From Azolla caroliniana (Eukaryota; Plantae; Polypodiophyta): a stretch of 64,000 nucleotides of DNA. The translations under genes were made by a program, and so were the position numbers. Positions within the stretch are counted from its first letter, which is position 1; every line of letters starts with the position of its first letter. The notes below the pieces were generated by a model. That model had not been told where the DNA came from. It was given only the letters and a program-made list of their open reading frames with translations, and ran no database searches. Of this stretch, positions 61,946-64,000 are shown piece by piece. The DNA lies in NCBI GenBank assembly GCA_043228905.1, contig JBHGNT010000003.1, positions 12,710,001 to 12,774,000 of the forward strand. Reading direction: 5' to 3'.

Positions 61946-63389
61946 ATTGATTGGGAAACTTCTTCCTCATGTCCATATTTCTTCTCATATTCTCATGTAG
62001 ATCTCTTTCATGTTCTTCTTTTTTCTCATATTCTCATGTCCAACATGAGTCTTCCTATCTTCGATTTGAAGTTTCTTCCATGAATAGTAAGTGGTTCATA
62101 AATAGAGGACATTTTTCCTTATGTTTATCTTTCTTCTCATCTTCTCATCTTCATCTTTTTTTCATGTAGATTTTTTTTATGTACATCTTTCTTATGTTCA
62201 TCTTTCTTTCTCTATTCTCATGTAGATATTTTTCATGTTCATATTTCTTTTCTTATTATCATGTTCATCTTTCTCTTGTAGGTTTTTTCATGTTCATATT
62301 TCTTCTCTTATTCTCATGTCCAATATAAGTATTCCAATCTTCGATTTTAAGGTTCGTCTATAAATCATAAGCAATTCATACATAGAGGAGCTTCTTCCGC
62401 ATTTTCATCTTATTTTTCATATTCTTGTGTTCATCTTACTCTTGTGGATTCTTTTCTTGGTCATCTTTCTTATTTTTCATATTCTTTTCTCGTATTTTTG
62501 TGTTCATCTTTGTCATGTATATTATTTCCATGCTCATCATTTTTCTTGTATTCTCATGTTCATCTTTGTCATGTAGATTTTTTGCATGTTCACCATTCTT
62601 CGTATATTTTATCATTTTAATATATAAACCATGGTTTTCTTGTATATGATTTTTTTATGTGATTCCTTGTCATATTCAAATTTTTTATGTTGCATGTTTA
62701 TCTTTCTTCCTCTATTTCTTGCTTTTCATATTTAAAAACATGTTATCATTGGTTATGAAATTACTAATACAACTTTTGTTGATTTATTATGCTTGCAGGT
62801 CCCATTTGGTAATATTAGTATACAACTAATTGTAACCTTGATTGCTTTAATTACTTTCCTTGGTATTTTTTTTTAAGTAATACATATAATTGAAAATGGG
62901 AGTCATCAATTAGATTGACATGTCTTGTTTACCAATAGACAGTATATAGTATGTATAATTTTCAAAAATTGATCTATTAATCAGTCTTTCATTTTTTTTT
63001 AAGAAGATGTAAGTTTTGCCCACAACCCATATTTGGTACAGTGAGCTTGATGTGGTAACTATCATATTGTGAAATGGAAACAAATTTCGAGTACGTTGTA
63101 GAAAATATAGGGAATAGACTAGTTAGGAAAAATATTAATTGGGCATATAAGGAGACATATGTTACTATGCTTGTCTTAGAGTTTCAAAATCAACTCTAGG
63201 AGTTCATTCCACGTAAATTTAGGGGTTATGGGCAAAATTCACAATTAAAGGATTGCAAGGTAAATTGATTAGGTACACAGTTCTAAGTCTATTCAACTAA
63301 TACTTCATAGGCCTTCAACTATTACTTTAGTTTCCTATACTTTCTAATCTTTAATGAAAACTTAGAACTAATTGTATTCAAACTTGTCT

Positions 63390-64000
63390 ACATTACTAAT
63401 ATTAATTTAGTCTCCTACATTTAGTGTTGTTCAATAAAAACTTTTTACTTTTCTTCCAATGTGCATTACTACTAATAATGTGTTTACCTGTGTTTAGTAT
63501 TTTTAAATAATAACTTAGTATTGTCTTCCAATGTGCATCAATGCTAATTATGTATTTACCAATATCTAGTACTTTTAAATAGCAATGTAGTATTGTCCTC
63601 CCATGCACATCAATACTAATTGTATATTTACCTATATTTAGTATTTTTATATAACAACTTAGTATTGTTGTTCTATATGCATCATCACTAATTCTCTATT
63701 CACCTATTCTTAGTGCTTTGAATAACAACTTAGTATTGCTATCATATGTGCATCATTACTAATTATTTGTTTAACCATGTTTAGTATTTTTAAATGACAA
63801 CTTAGTATTGTCCTCCCATATGTGGCAGTACTAATTTTCTACTCACTTATGTTTAGTATCTATAAATAATAACTTACTACTGTCCTCCCACGTGCATCGG
63901 TACTAATTGTATATTTACCTAAGTTTAATATTTTTAAATAAAAACTTAACATTGTCCCCCCATGTGTGTCAGTACTAATATTTTATTCACGTATGTTTAG
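63390..64000. repeat. 72-bp minisatellite, 8 or more units, running off the window edge
   Basis: ctaat anchor at 63472, 63544, 63616, 63688, 63759, 63831, 63903 and 63975. Confidence 0.9.

Noticed and set aside
61951-62649. Phe/Ser-rich membrane-protein-like ORFs
   Set aside because: Translations of T/C-rich low-complexity sequence.

Overview
Eukaryotic, transposon-saturated plant heterochromatin. A non-seed plant such as a fern is plausible, but that is inference. No intact host gene, rRNA, tRNA gene or CRISPR array is present. The window is a nested stack of LTR retrotransposons: two decayed non-chromovirus Ty3/Gypsy elements of one family (1-5800; 20682-30566, RT-deleted, with an extra 3' coiled-coil ORF), a chromovirus fragment, at least five Ty1/Copia copies, a 2-kb gag-PR-only Copia derivative, several solo LTRs, a 450-bp hAT-like insertion, TG/TA satellite, minisatellites and a probable PPR pseudogene relic. 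The standout is an intact, very young Gypsy element (34396-41559, minus strand). It has apparently identical 717-bp LTRs, a 4-bp TSD, an 18-nt tRNA-Trp PBS, and gag-PR and RT-RH-INT ORFs joined by a G_GAU_UUU slippery site plus a predicted pseudoknot. A diverged, decayed relative (44526-56070) keeps the same slippery site, the same 6-nt spacer and covarying stems, which supports a programmed -1 frameshift placed after the protease.
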